Source of the DNA: an uncultured Acidobacteriota bacterium
GTDB lineage: Bacteria > Acidobacteriota > UBA6911 > CAINFC01
Length of the DNA stretch: 64,000 bases
Direction: 5' to 3'
Assembly (NCBI GenBank): GCA_964617125.1
Contig: CAZTVS010000005.1
Location: 16,529 to 80,528, forward strand
Made by a program: the position numbers and the translations under genes. Of the stretch, positions 10,035-21,567 are shown piece by piece. The notes beneath the pieces are model-generated. The model had not been told where the DNA came from. It did not search any database and saw only the letters and a program-made list of their open reading frames with translations. Each line of letters starts with the position of its first letter. The stretch's first letter is position 1.

Positions 10035-10130
10035 GTAAAAAAGTCCTTGTTTTGTTTCTTTTCGATGAATCCGTATGGATTCGAAAGATGTTGCCGGCGG
10101 GACGCCGGCGCTCCCAGGGCTTTTTATCGG
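10035..10130 (+). mobile_element. degraded third copy of the 110-bp MITE-like repeat (see 40136..40245 and 41152..41261)
   Basis: Shares the core …GTTTCTTTTCG…TTGCCGGCGGGACGCCGGCGCTCCCAGG(G/A)CTTTTTA… with the other two copies. The terminal inverted repeats are decayed and no clear target duplication remains. Confidence 0.6.
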
Positions 10131-10150
10131 AGCATAAAAAATATGGGGGG

Positions 10151-10735
10151 CTATCGCAGCCAGCCTGGGGGGACGTTGTTTCTGCGGGCTTCTTCCTTCA
10201 GCCTTTCCAGGGCTTTCTTCGTTTCCTCTTCCGTCTGTTTCTGCTTTTTAATCTCTTCGATCTTATCGGAGATATTCTTGCGTATGGTTTCCCGATAAAA
10301 GCCGTCACCCTCGGCATAGAACTGATTCCACAAGGTATTCAAATTCAGTTCTTCCAAAACCCTTTTATTTTCCGCCGCCTTGGCCTCATCCAAAGCAAGC
10401 TTGTAGGCGTCGCGCCAGTATTTTTCATCCCTAACGGGTTCTTCGGGGGTTTTATCCTTCCCTTCTTCCTTGGGCTTGGCGGCTTCTCCCTCTTTATCCT
10501 TCTTTTCGGAATCCGCGGTGCTTTCTCCATAGACACCGGTACTGACCGATCCCTTCTGGTAGGATCCGAGGGTGGAATTGGAGACGACCCGTACTTTGTT
10601 CTTTATGCTGGAGCGGCGTTCCTTTTCTTCTTTGGCCAGATCGGCCAGAGATTGGCTCCATAAGAAAGGGGCCACGAACAAAAAACAGAGCGTTAGTATC
10701 ACCGAGGATCGGATGGTAAAAAACCGCACATTCAT
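10151..10735 (-). CDS. hypothetical secreted Lys/Glu-rich low-complexity protein
   Basis: ATG at 10735 gives MNVRFFTIRSSVILTLCFLFVAPFLWSQS, a signal peptide. It is followed by a highly charged K/E-rich, probably helical, region. No family recognised. Confidence 0.45.
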   Translation of the reverse strand: MNVRFFTIRSSVILTLCFLFVAPFLWSQSLADLAKEEKERRSSIKNKVRVVSNSTLGSYQKGSVSTGVYGESTADSEKKDKEGEAAKPKEEGKDKTPEEPVRDEKYWRDAYKLALDEAKAAENKRVLEELNLNTLWNQFYAEGDGFYRETIRKNISDKIEEIKKQKQTEEETKKALERLKEEARRNNVPPGWLR

Positions 10736-10823
10736 TTCCGATCTCCTCTCCTTCTTCCTTATCATAGGGTTATACATTCCATTGTACTTCTCCATCGGCG
10801 TTCTGTCAATTGGGAACGGCCCG

Positions 10824-11837
10824 TTACAGGCGGCGACCGACGATCGCGGCCACCCGGCGACAGAGTTCCATCAAATCATGAAATGCGGCAGGAGTCAGAG
10901 ATTGGGGGCCATCGCTCTTCGCCTCCTCCGGTCTGGGGTGTACCTCGATCATCAATCCGTCGGCCCCCGCAGCCACGGCGGCCAGGGCCAGCGGGGCCAC
11001 ATACTCGGCATAACCGGAGGCGTGGGAAGGATCGATAAACACCGGCAAGTGGGAGAGCTTCTTAATGACCGGGATGACGGAAATATCGAGCGTGTTGCGT
11101 GTGGCCGTTTCGAAGGTACGAATACCGCGTTCGCAGAGGATCACCCGATCGCATCCTCCATCGAGAAGATATTCCGCCGACATGAGAAGATCCTCTACCT
11201 TGGCGGCCATTCCCCTCTTCAGGAAGACCGGCTTGCCGGCGGCGGCCACATCCCGGAGCAGATCGTAATTCTGCATGTTCCTGGCCCCGATTTGCAGGAC
11301 GTCGGCATACCTGGCCACAAGTTCGATACTTCCGGGATGCATGACTTCGGTTACCACCGGGAGTCCGACCTCGTCCCCGGCCTCTTTCAACAGCTTCAAT
11401 CCCTCTTCGCCCAGGCCCTGAAAGGCATACGGCGAGCTCCTGGGCTTGAAGGCCCCTCCACGGAGGGCGTGGGCCCCGGCCGATTTCACCGCCGCCGCAC
11501 TTTCTTTCATCTGCTGTCTGCCCTCCACACTGCAGGGACCGGCGATCACTCCCAGAACATCCTCGGCCACCTCAAAACAGCCGAGGGAGAACCGTGTGGG
11601 CGAAGGATGGAATTCCCGGCTGGCCAGCTTGAAGGGCTTGAGAATCCGCACCGCATCAGCCACGCCCGGCAGCGGCAGAAACAGCTCCGGGGTCAGGTCG
11701 TGACGTCCGCTGCGGATGCCGATGATGGCCCGTTCCACGCCGCGGTCTATATGGGCCTCACACCCCGACTGTTCGATGCGTGCCACCACGGCAGCAATCT
11801 GTTCTTCGCTGGCCCCGTACTTCATCACTACAATCAT
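10824..11837 (-). CDS. 3-deoxy-7-phosphoheptulonate (DAHP) synthase, class I-beta with N-terminal regulatory domain
   Basis: KDO8P/DAHP-synthase TIM-barrel motifs (GPCSVE…, [15 protein letters not shown]) after an approximately 70-aa ferredoxin-like N-terminal domain, as in Thermotoga-type DAHPS. Confidence 0.8.
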   Translation of the reverse strand: MIVVMKYGASEEQIAAVVARIEQSGCEAHIDRGVERAIIGIRSGRHDLTPELFLPLPGVADAVRILKPFKLASREFHPSPTRFSLGCFEVAEDVLGVIAGPCSVEGRQQMKESAAAVKSAGAHALRGGAFKPRSSPYAFQGLGEEGLKLLKEAGDEVGLPVVTEVMHPGSIELVARYADVLQIGARNMQNYDLLRDVAAAGKPVFLKRGMAAKVEDLLMSAEYLLDGGCDRVILCERGIRTFETATRNTLDISVIPVIKKLSHLPVFIDPSHASGYAEYVAPLALAAVAAGADGLMIEVHPRPEEAKSDGPQSLTPAAFHDLMELCRRVAAIVGRRL

Positions 11838-11868
11838 GATTTGTCCCTCCGAGTTTGTTTGTTGACCC

Positions 11869-13329
11869 TTACCAGTTCAGGCGACGGCTGAGATTCCCTA
11901 ACAGGATGGTGGTCGCACATCCGATGAGGGTATGCCAGGTGTAATCGATGGTGGTAAAGAAAAGGATATAAATCATGACCGTCAATCCAAACAGGAAACC
12001 GACGAAAGCGTCCTTCTGGCGGATCCGGGGAAACAGCAGGCCGAGGAAGAAGGTCCCCAACAGCCCGCCGTAGGTGAAGGAAGCTATTTTCAGACCCAGC
12101 TCCACCACCGGATTCTTCGTATCGGCAAACAACAGGGCTCCTCCGATCAGAACGACCCCCCAAAACATGGTCAGGGCACGCGACCAGAACATTTCCGCCT
12201 TCTCGTCGAGGGATTTTCCCCGTGCCGTCCATTTGAACAGATCCATATAGGTGGAGGAGGCCAGAGAACTGATGGAAGAAGAAAGTGTCCCCATGGCCGA
12301 CGCCAGGACTCCCGCAATCAGTAAGCCGGCCAGACCTACCGGCATGTTTTCCACAATGAATTTGGGAAAGATTTCATCGGAGGATTTCAAGCCCATCTGG
12401 GGATAAGGAACGCCGTTATAAAAGGCATAGAGACAAAGTCCCAGGAAGAGGAAAAAGGCGAACTGGATCAAGATAAAGCTGGCGTCGAGCATCAAGGCCC
12501 GCTGGCTGTCCCAGCGGCTCTTGCAGCCGAGCAGACGCTGTACCAGGAGCTGATCCGTACCGTGGGAAGCCATGGTCAGGAATGTTCCGCCAAGAACCCC
12601 TCCGATCAGGGTATAAGGGGAAGACAGAAAGTCCATCAGGCTGTTCCCCCAGTTTCCGTTGATGATGTCGAGTTTATCGGCCCCGTTGACGCTGGCAAAA
12701 TGGATGACATCGGAGAACCCTCCCGGCAGGCGGTGCACAATCAGGATCATGGCCGCCACGGCTCCACTCAGATAGATGAACATCTGAACCACATCCATTG
12801 CAACCACCGCCTTCAACCCTCCCAGATAGGTATACGCCAGGGTGAAGAGACCGATGATCAGGATACTAGAGGTGTAGCTGAGACCGGTGATGATGTGCAC
12901 GGGGATGGCGGTGGCAAACAGCCTGACTCCGGAGGCCAACACGCGGGTGACAATGAATACGGTAGAGGTGAATTTGCGCAGCTCCATACCAAAGCGCTTG
13001 CCCAGAAAATCATAGGCCGTCTCCAGGTCTCCGCGATAGTATGCGGGAATAAACAGGATACTCACCAGCAGGCGTCCGATAAAGTAGCCGAAGACCAGCT
13101 GCAGAAAGTGCATATCGGTGGTGTAGGCCAGCCCGGGAATGCTGATGAATGTCAGGGCGCTGGTTTCGCTGGCGACAATAGAAAACCCTACCGACCACCA
13201 GGACATTTCCTTGCCGCCCAGAAAATAATCCCGTGAGCTTTTCTGTTTTCCGGCAATCAAGATTCCGGCAACAGTGACTCCGATGAGGTAAAGTACGACG
13301 ATTGCATAATCTATGACTGAAAAGCCCAA
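11869..13329 (-). CDS. sodium:solute symporter family transporter
   Basis: 486 aa and polytopic. The SSS N-terminal signature is present (YFLGGKEMSWWSVGFSIVASETSALTFISIPG). Confidence 0.85.
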   Translation of the reverse strand: MGFSVIDYAIVVLYLIGVTVAGILIAGKQKSSRDYFLGGKEMSWWSVGFSIVASETSALTFISIPGLAYTTDMHFLQLVFGYFIGRLLVSILFIPAYYRGDLETAYDFLGKRFGMELRKFTSTVFIVTRVLASGVRLFATAIPVHIITGLSYTSSILIIGLFTLAYTYLGGLKAVVAMDVVQMFIYLSGAVAAMILIVHRLPGGFSDVIHFASVNGADKLDIINGNWGNSLMDFLSSPYTLIGGVLGGTFLTMASHGTDQLLVQRLLGCKSRWDSQRALMLDASFILIQFAFFLFLGLCLYAFYNGVPYPQMGLKSSDEIFPKFIVENMPVGLAGLLIAGVLASAMGTLSSSISSLASSTYMDLFKWTARGKSLDEKAEMFWSRALTMFWGVVLIGGALLFADTKNPVVELGLKIASFTYGGLLGTFFLGLLFPRIRQKDAFVGFLFGLTVMIYILFFTTIDYTWHTLIGCATTILLGNLSRRLNW

Positions 13330-13434
13330 GTCTCCTCCTTATCGCTTCCTCTTTCCGTTCCTTCCGTTCTCCGCTGTCATCACCCCCTGCACGGGTATAA
13401 TTCCATTGCTTACATCGTCACGAGTGATAAGAGT

Positions 13435-13788
13435 ATGGCCGAAAACACCAATTTTTTCACCTGCAATTCCAAAGGTGGCATATCCCTGCGACTGCACATC
13501 CAACCCCGCTCCGCGAAAGACCAGATAGCCGGAACCTTCGGCGACGCCCTGAAGATACGTATCACCGCCCCTCCCGTCGAAGGAAGGGCCAATGAGCATC
13601 TGCGGCGATTTCTGGCCAAAACACTGGATGTGCGCCTGGCTCAACTCTCTCTTTCCGGAGAACAATCGCGCGAAAAAACCGTGCACATATCCGATCTCTC
13701 GCCGCTGGATCGGGAGAGAATTCTCAACTGGTGCCGCCGGCAATCAGACAGAACGGAACAGATCAAAACAGGGAAAACTGGTAACTGA
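13435..13788 (+). CDS. DUF167 / YggU-family protein (UPF0235)
   Basis: ISLRLHIQPRSAKDQIAGTFGDALKIRITAPPVEGRANEHLRRFLAKTL matches the conserved YggU core (…LKVRVTAPPVDGKAN…FLAK…). The overlapping minus-strand ORF 13339..13743 was rejected. Confidence 0.65.
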   Translation: MAENTNFFTCNSKGGISLRLHIQPRSAKDQIAGTFGDALKIRITAPPVEGRANEHLRRFLAKTLDVRLAQLSLSGEQSREKTVHISDLSPLDRERILNWCRRQSDRTEQIKTGKTGN

Positions 13789-14602
13789 CACCGAAACTTA
13801 CCCCCACGCTGGGATCATTCTCGGCCAACCCTTTCACCGCTCCCAGATCCCAGCAGATCCCTCCTGTATGAGCCCGAACCCCCAGACGAAGCAAAGACTG
13901 GACCTCAGCCCCAGGACCGTCGTCGCCGGCGCGTCCGTAGAACTCACCCACTACGTCGAGAACGCGATTGGCTTTGTAAATGCCGGCAAATCCGTACGTC
14001 ACCATGTCATGCTGGGAACTGACCGTGACCGGATTTCCCAGGATCGCCATTCCCATGTTGACCATGGCCCGCAATCGACCCAGACTCTTGGCGGCCATCA
14101 GGGTGGCATAGAAATTGGTTTCGTCGTTTCCCAGCCCTTTTTCGTTGGAAGCATTGGGCAGCTCCACGCCAAAACGAAAGGCTATGGCCGGAAACCCGAT
14201 CCGCTCTTTGACGAGGCGGAACTTGGTGGCCAGGAGGAGATCACCCACGCTCCCGGTCGAATTTCCCTGGACATCCTGATTGAAGATGGATCCACCCGGC
14301 GACAGGCGCCGGGTGATTTTCAAACGGTTCCACAGGTCGCCGGTGGCCTGAAATTCGACCGCCCCCCCAGCTCCGACATGAACCCCCATGACCCCGAACC
14401 GTGAGAGGTTCCCTTCCAGACCGGACAGGCTGAAGGTCTGACTCTGCATGCGATCCACGCCTATCTGCAGGCGCATGGTCCCAAAAGGGAGGGTTTCGGC
14501 ATCATCCGTTCGAAAGGGGCGCGGTTGCCCCTGCACCAGCGAAAGCAAAAACCACAGCAAAAATACTATCCGTATCGTCCAAGACATTCGTTTTTTAGCC
14601 AT
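13763..14602 (-). CDS. outer-membrane beta-barrel protein
   Basis: Signal peptide, alternating amphipathic beta-strand pattern and a C-terminal aromatic residue (…VSYQFSLF). Confidence 0.6.
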   Translation of the reverse strand: MAKKRMSWTIRIVFLLWFLLSLVQGQPRPFRTDDAETLPFGTMRLQIGVDRMQSQTFSLSGLEGNLSRFGVMGVHVGAGGAVEFQATGDLWNRLKITRRLSPGGSIFNQDVQGNSTGSVGDLLLATKFRLVKERIGFPAIAFRFGVELPNASNEKGLGNDETNFYATLMAAKSLGRLRAMVNMGMAILGNPVTVSSQHDMVTYGFAGIYKANRVLDVVGEFYGRAGDDGPGAEVQSLLRLGVRAHTGGICWDLGAVKGLAENDPSVGVSFGVSYQFSLF

Positions 14603-14611
14603 ACTTTTTTA

Positions 14612-16480
14612 TCAATTCGTTTTCAAGACCATTTGTTCGACAGCATAGACGCGCACCGGCCCCTGCCGGTATACCTGCACCAAGGCAGGGCAGTTATCCA
14701 GCATCTCCTTTTTCAGATTTCCCGGTTTTACTCCAAGGTATACATGCGTAATCTGCTCTTCCCGCAAAAATTGGGTAAAACGCTCGTCACAGGCGCCCAG
14801 CTGTCCGGCCTGCTTGGCCGTCCGGGCGGTGTAATCGATGTACTCCTTATTTCCTATGGCATGAAGTGGAGGAGGAGCCACACTCCATCTCCCGGTCATG
14901 GGCAGGATCCAGGCCCCACCATCGGTACCGCGGAAGGAACCCCACTCCCAGGGTGCGGTGTTGACAAGAAACCTGGCCTGTCGAGGTATTTTCCGGTCAA
15001 TCCATTGCAACGCAACCACATCCTGCTCTTCCGCCAGAATGGTTGTAGGATTGATAATCGAACTTGTCTGCCATACACCTAACAGCACCATCAGGACCAA
15101 CAATCCATAAACAACCTTATCGGCCGACTTCTCCCCCATTCGGGAAATAACCATGTCTCTTCCCCTCCATACTGTCGCTGCCGCGAGGATAGAAACAGGA
15201 AGAAAACTGACAATAGCAAAGTGGTCCGGCCGGAACGGCGATAAACGTATCCCCCAGGGCAGCACTCCCAGAAAAAGAAGAGTAGTCCATAAGGCAAACA
15301 GCCTGGTTTTTCCATTCTTCCAGGCCCATGCCAATCCTATTCCAGCCACAACCTCCAGCAGATACATTCTCCAGGGGCCCAGCAGGTACCATAAATAGCC
15401 GAGGTAATCGGGAAAATAGAGCTGATCGATGGAGTCGCCGGGAGAACTGGTACCCCACTGCACATAACTTCGGGCATAAGACCACATGCGCAAAAGCCAG
15501 GGGGTCACGAGCAGGACACCCAACAGCGGGCTGGCCAACTTCTCCAGCCAGGACAGCACATGCGTGCCCGGTTCTCTGCTTTCCCCGATAATGACATATA
15601 GGATCCACAGACCAAGGAAGAGAGCCAGAAGTACGGCAGCGAAATAATGAGTCAGTAGAATGCCAGCGGTAAACAGTGCCAGCCGGAGGAAGGTACCGGG
15701 CTGCCGGTTTCGTATCCAGCTCTGAGCCTCCGCGATGGCCAGCGGCAGCAGCACCAATCCGGCCAGCAGGGTATACCTGCCCCAGGTGGCGTAATAGGCG
15801 GGCATCTGGGTGATAAACGCCACCATCAGGGCGGCTGTAAGGGCGCGCCTTTTATCCTGCAGAAGGACTATGGTCAGGCGGTAGACGGACAGGGCAACCA
15901 TGGCGTTCAACAACTGCCCGAGCAAGAAAACCGCCTGTTCCGGAGGACAGTCGGCCAGTCCGGAGAAACAGGCACTGACGGCATGAAAGGAAAAGTGATA
16001 GTAAAAAGGGACCGGGAGATAAGGAGCCAGGTTTTCCGGCACCCCGCCGATGTCCAGGAACTTACGTGTAATCAATACATGATGGAGAGAGTCTACCCAG
16101 GCGGGTAATACCAGTTCTTTGACCTGGAAAAATCGCCACCCTATGGCCGCGATCACTCCGGCGATTCCAATCCAGAGATTGGAACGGCCTGCACGCTTGT
16201 CAAAGGGGCTTCCCAGAGAAAAACCAAGGAAGAGTATGGTCAGTACCAGAAAGGTCCCCAGAAAGGTGTAAGGAGGCGGTTCCCATGGAAGGAAGAAGAG
16301 AAGTTCGGCAATCAGAGGAATGATGGATAGGCTGAGTCCGACCGAAAGGGATATCGACTGTAAAAGATCCGGGTTTTTCCAAAAGAAAAGTCTTTGAAGC
16401 ACATATCCCGGAAGAAACAGCACAGCGAAGCCGGAGAATAACAGGCGCAGAGCGTCGAGAAAATGGATGTCCCAGTTCAT
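14612..16480 (-). CDS. polytopic integral membrane protein (622 aa); possible GT-C-type glycosyltransferase or DUF membrane protein
   Basis: At least 12 predicted TM helices in the N-terminal two-thirds and a soluble C-terminal domain. No confident family match from sequence alone. Confidence 0.55.
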   Translation of the reverse strand: MNWDIHFLDALRLLFSGFAVLFLPGYVLQRLFFWKNPDLLQSISLSVGLSLSIIPLIAELLFFLPWEPPPYTFLGTFLVLTILFLGFSLGSPFDKRAGRSNLWIGIAGVIAAIGWRFFQVKELVLPAWVDSLHHVLITRKFLDIGGVPENLAPYLPVPFYYHFSFHAVSACFSGLADCPPEQAVFLLGQLLNAMVALSVYRLTIVLLQDKRRALTAALMVAFITQMPAYYATWGRYTLLAGLVLLPLAIAEAQSWIRNRQPGTFLRLALFTAGILLTHYFAAVLLALFLGLWILYVIIGESREPGTHVLSWLEKLASPLLGVLLVTPWLLRMWSYARSYVQWGTSSPGDSIDQLYFPDYLGYLWYLLGPWRMYLLEVVAGIGLAWAWKNGKTRLFALWTTLLFLGVLPWGIRLSPFRPDHFAIVSFLPVSILAAATVWRGRDMVISRMGEKSADKVVYGLLVLMVLLGVWQTSSIINPTTILAEEQDVVALQWIDRKIPRQARFLVNTAPWEWGSFRGTDGGAWILPMTGRWSVAPPPLHAIGNKEYIDYTARTAKQAGQLGACDERFTQFLREEQITHVYLGVKPGNLKKEMLDNCPALVQVYRQGPVRVYAVEQMVLKTN

Positions 16481-16564
16481 AGATCGGTTCCCGGAGTGAA
16501 GATCGAATAGGTTGTCGCAAGGAAGAGGAGGATCTCTATTTCCTTCCCTTCCTTAGCCAGGCTA

Positions 16565-16593
16565 TTGACAATAACTTCGTTTCTTGCTAACAT
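16565..16593 (+). promoter_or_regulatory. sigma70-like promoter candidate (TTGACA-17 nt-TAACAT) upstream of rpoD
   Basis: TTGACA at 16565-16570, a 17-nt spacer and TAACAT at 16588-16593. It lies about 200 nt upstream of the rpoD start. Confidence 0.3.
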
Positions 16594-16794
16594 TTAAGGC
16601 TCTAATGAAATGATTCTCGGACTTCCCGAAAGGAAGGAATTCTTATTCCCAATGCAAGACAAGGCAATTTACAGTCCTTCCCGGTTTCTGGCCTTGTATC
16701 ATACATCCACCTCATAATCCGACACTCTGGGAACGTGAACCTTCTCCCTATACTAATAATCTATCAATAAAAAGTAAAAAGGTTGATTTTTTTC

Positions 16795-18120
<1,326 letters not shown>

Positions 18121-18209
18121 CGGGACATCCCGGCGAGAAACCTTCATTCCCGGTTCGCCATGAGGTTTCTATGTCCAACAATCCCGCGGAGCGGGAAGGC
18201 ACGCACCCC

Positions 18210-19958
18210 ATGAAACAAATGCGTATTGCTTTGGCACAATTGAATTGCACGGTCGGGGATTTCGACGGAAATCTGAAAAAGATGCTGTCATACTCTCGCC
18301 GCGCCGAGCAGCTGGGAGCCGATATGATCTGCTTCCCGGAGATGGCCATTACCGGATATCCGCCGGAAGATCTGCTGTTGCGTCCGGGTTTTATCAAGGA
18401 AAATCTGTCGACGTTGCAGCGATACGTTCAGGAAACGGAAGCCTGGAACCTGACCTCCATCGTCGGTTTCGTCGATCACCAGGGCGATATCTTCAACGCC
18501 GCCGCCGTCATTCACGGCGGATCCATCCATGGCATCTACCACAAGATGTATCTGCCCAATTATGGGGTTTTCGATGAATACCGCTACTTTCGGCCGGGTA
18601 ATTCCTGCGGCGTTTTCGAGCTGAGGGGCATTACCTTCGGACTGAGCATCTGTGAAGATATCTGGTATCCCGACGGACCGACACTGACCCAGGCCGTACA
18701 AGGACGAGCGGAGCTGGTCATCAATATATCTTCCTCTCCGTATCAGGCGGGCAAGTTCCGTCATCGGCAGCGGATGCTGGCCACCAGGGCTTCGGACAAT
18801 ACCATCCTGCTGGCTTATGTCAATCTGGTCGGGGGACAGGATGAACTGGTCTTCGACGGCGGAAGCATGGTCATCAACCAGGAGGGCGATATCCTTGCCC
18901 TTGCCTCGCAATTCCAGGAGGAACTTTTACTCGCCGATCTACCGATCGATGACGTCTTCCGGGAGCGTCTGCTGGGTCCACGACACCGTCTGGGTTCGCG
19001 CCTGCAAGCGCCGGTAGCCAAGGAGATCAAACGTGTCCCGATACCGGTTTCCGAGCAGGTCCCGCCGCCGAAACCGGAAATAGCACAAAAAGAGACGAAG
19101 TCCCTGGATGCCGAAGCGGAAATCTATGAGGCCCTGGTCTGCGGCGTTCGCGACTATGTCAACAAGAACAGTTTCGCTTCCGTGGTCATCGGCCTCAGCG
19201 GCGGCATCGATTCCGCCCTGGTGGCGTGTATCGCCACCGACGCCCTTGGACCGGACCGCGTGGTCGGCGTTTCCATGCCCTCTTCTTTTACCTCCGATGC
19301 AAGTCGCCAAGACGGCAAATTGCTGGCGGAACGGCTTGGGATCCGGTTTTTACAAATTCCTATCCATGCCGTTCTCGAGGCTTACAAATCGGCGCTGCAA
19401 CCTTCTTTTCAGGGACGAGAGGAGGACGTGACTGAAGAGAACCTGCAGGCCAGAATCCGCGGCAATTATCTCATGGCCCTTTCCAACAAATTCGGTTGGC
19501 TGGTCCTGACAACGGGAAACAAAAGCGAGATGGGGGTCGGCTATTGCACCCTGTATGGCGATATGGCCGGCGGCTTCGCGGCCCTCAAGGACGTACCCAA
19601 AACGCTGGTACAACGTCTGTCCCGCTTTCGCAATCGGCGCGACAGCGAGGGCGGACCCATTCCGGAGAACACACTGAACCGCCCACCCTCCGCCGAATTG
19701 CGACCCGGGCAAAAAGATACGGATTCGCTTCCTGATTACTCCATCCTGGATCCGATCCTCACCGCCTTTGTGGAGGATGAGAAAAGCCCGGAGGAGATCG
19801 TGCCTCTCGGCTTCGACGCCGATACGGTACGGCGCGTGGTAAAGCTGATCGACCGGAGCGAGTACAAACGACGTCAGGGTCCTCCGGGAATCAAAATCAC
19901 CTCCAGGGCTTTCGGCCGCGACCGGCGTATGCCGCTGACTTATCGATCTTCTTTTTAG
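18210..19958 (+). CDS. nadE: glutamine-dependent NAD+ synthetase (nitrilase domain plus NAD synthetase domain)
   Basis: N-terminal CN-hydrolase domain (MRIALAQLN…ICFPE…) and C-terminal PP-loop ATPase (SGGIDS). Confidence 0.9.
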   Translation: MKQMRIALAQLNCTVGDFDGNLKKMLSYSRRAEQLGADMICFPEMAITGYPPEDLLLRPGFIKENLSTLQRYVQETEAWNLTSIVGFVDHQGDIFNAAAVIHGGSIHGIYHKMYLPNYGVFDEYRYFRPGNSCGVFELRGITFGLSICEDIWYPDGPTLTQAVQGRAELVINISSSPYQAGKFRHRQRMLATRASDNTILLAYVNLVGGQDELVFDGGSMVINQEGDILALASQFQEELLLADLPIDDVFRERLLGPRHRLGSRLQAPVAKEIKRVPIPVSEQVPPPKPEIAQKETKSLDAEAEIYEALVCGVRDYVNKNSFASVVIGLSGGIDSALVACIATDALGPDRVVGVSMPSSFTSDASRQDGKLLAERLGIRFLQIPIHAVLEAYKSALQPSFQGREEDVTEENLQARIRGNYLMALSNKFGWLVLTTGNKSEMGVGYCTLYGDMAGGFAALKDVPKTLVQRLSRFRNRRDSEGGPIPENTLNRPPSAELRPGQKDTDSLPDYSILDPILTAFVEDEKSPEEIVPLGFDADTVRRVVKLIDRSEYKRRQGPPGIKITSRAFGRDRRMPLTYRSSF

Positions 19959-19970
19959 GACTGACACAAC

Positions 19971-21539
19971 ATGAATCGTGACACCTTTCTCGACATCCTT
20001 GTCCATCAACACACAACCTGGGACATTCTCATCGCCGGCGGCGGCGCCACCGGCATGGGCATCGCTCTGGACGCGGCTTCCCGAGGGTATAGCGTGGCCC
20101 TCCTGGAGCAGAACGATTTCGGCAAGGGTACCTCCAGTCGTTCCACCAAGCTGGTACATGGCGGTGTACGCTACCTGCAGCAAGGGAATGTCTCTCTGGT
20201 CATGGAGGCGCTGCGGGAAAGGGGCATCCTTTTTCAGAATGCGCCTCATCTGGTACACAACCTGCCTTTTATCGTTCCCAACTACCTTTGGTGGGAGGCG
20301 CCTTTTTATGGGATCGGACTCAAGGTATACGATCTGCTGGCGGGAAAATACGGCTTCGGCCGGTCGGAACTGTTATCGCGCGAAGAGGTGCTGGAACGCA
20401 TTCCAACGCTGGAAAAAGAGGGTTTGCGGGGTGGGGTTCTTTACTACGACGGCCAGTTCGACGACAGCCGGCTCCTGATCAACCTGGCTCAATCGGCCAC
20501 CGAGATGGGAGCCTGTTTGTTGAATTATGCGTCGGTGACCCGGTTCGTAAAAGACGGCGAGGGATTCCTGACCGGGCTGGAGTTTCGGGACGAGGAATCG
20601 GGCCAGTGCCATCTGCTCTCGGCCCGTTGTATTGTAAATGCCACTGGCCCCTTCTGCGACGATCTACGGACCAAGGACGATCCGCTCAGTACCAAACTGA
20701 TTTCTCCCAGTCAGGGAGTCCATATCGTCCTCGATCAAAATTTCCTACCTAAAAATAATGCCATCATGGTTCCTCACACCCGGGACGGTCGCGTCATGTT
20801 TGCCATTCCCTGGCACCAGCATGTGGTTGTGGGTACCACCGACACCCCGATAGACGACTTTAATCTGGAACCGAAACCCTTCGATCAGGAGATCGATTTC
20901 ATACTGGAGACCGCAGGCGGTTACCTTTCGCAAAGACCGACCCGCAAGGATATCCTGAGCGTTTTTACCGGGATACGTCCTTTGGTTAAGTCCTCCGACA
21001 GCGCCGCTACTTCCGCCCTTTCCCGTGACCACGTCCTGCAGATCTCCAAATCGGGACTGGTGACCATCACCGGCGGCAAGTGGACCACCTATCGCAAGAT
21101 GGCGGAAGATTGCATCGATCACGCCATTGTGCTGGGACGTCTGGAGGAGAGACCCTGCAAAACTCGCCAGTTGCCGATCCATGGCTATCACGCCCATGCG
21201 GAAGATTTCGGCTCCCTGGCCTGCTACGGGTCAGATGCGGAGTTTTTGCTGCAAATGATCAGGGAAAATCCGGCTTTGGGAAAACCGCTCCATCCCAGAC
21301 TGAATTTGTGCCCAGCCCAGGTTCTGTGGGCCGTCCGGGAAGAGATGGCCCGGACACTGGATGACGTACTGGCTCGTAGGACCCGCTCCCTTTTCCTGGA
21401 TGCACGTGCCACCCTGGAAGTGGCCCCGGAAGTGGCCCGCCTGATGGCCCAGGAGAGGAAACTTGATGACTCCTGGATACGGAGGCAATGGGACGATTTC
21501 CAAAAAATCGCTTCCTGCTATCTGATACAATCTTCCTGA
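19971..21539 (+). CDS. glpD: FAD-dependent glycerol-3-phosphate dehydrogenase
   Basis: DILIAGGGATGMGIALDAASRGYSVALLEQNDFGKGTSSRSTKLVHGGVRYL is a GlpA/GlpD-type FAD-binding N-terminus. Product is 522 aa. Confidence 0.85.
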   Translation: MNRDTFLDILVHQHTTWDILIAGGGATGMGIALDAASRGYSVALLEQNDFGKGTSSRSTKLVHGGVRYLQQGNVSLVMEALRERGILFQNAPHLVHNLPFIVPNYLWWEAPFYGIGLKVYDLLAGKYGFGRSELLSREEVLERIPTLEKEGLRGGVLYYDGQFDDSRLLINLAQSATEMGACLLNYASVTRFVKDGEGFLTGLEFRDEESGQCHLLSARCIVNATGPFCDDLRTKDDPLSTKLISPSQGVHIVLDQNFLPKNNAIMVPHTRDGRVMFAIPWHQHVVVGTTDTPIDDFNLEPKPFDQEIDFILETAGGYLSQRPTRKDILSVFTGIRPLVKSSDSAATSALSRDHVLQISKSGLVTITGGKWTTYRKMAEDCIDHAIVLGRLEERPCKTRQLPIHGYHAHAEDFGSLACYGSDAEFLLQMIRENPALGKPLHPRLNLCPAQVLWAVREEMARTLDDVLARRTRSLFLDARATLEVAPEVARLMAQERKLDDSWIRRQWDDFQKIASCYLIQSS

Positions 21540-21567
21540 TGACAGACCATTTGAACGGAACCGGCCT

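Noticed and set aside
10082-10112. GCCGGCGGGACGCCGGCG hairpin considered as a simple rho-independent terminator or REP sequence
   Set aside because: No U-tract follows it in either orientation. It is embedded in a longer 110-bp element that carries terminal inverted repeats and target-site duplications. It is therefore part of the MITE-like repeat, not a stand-alone terminator.
13339-13743. 134-aa minus-strand ORF overlapping the DUF167 gene
   Set aside because: The plus-strand frame shows the conserved YggU/DUF167 core (ALKIRITAPPVEGRAN…FLAK). The minus-strand product has no recognisable features. The upstream OMP gene already terminates with a canonical C-terminal Phe.
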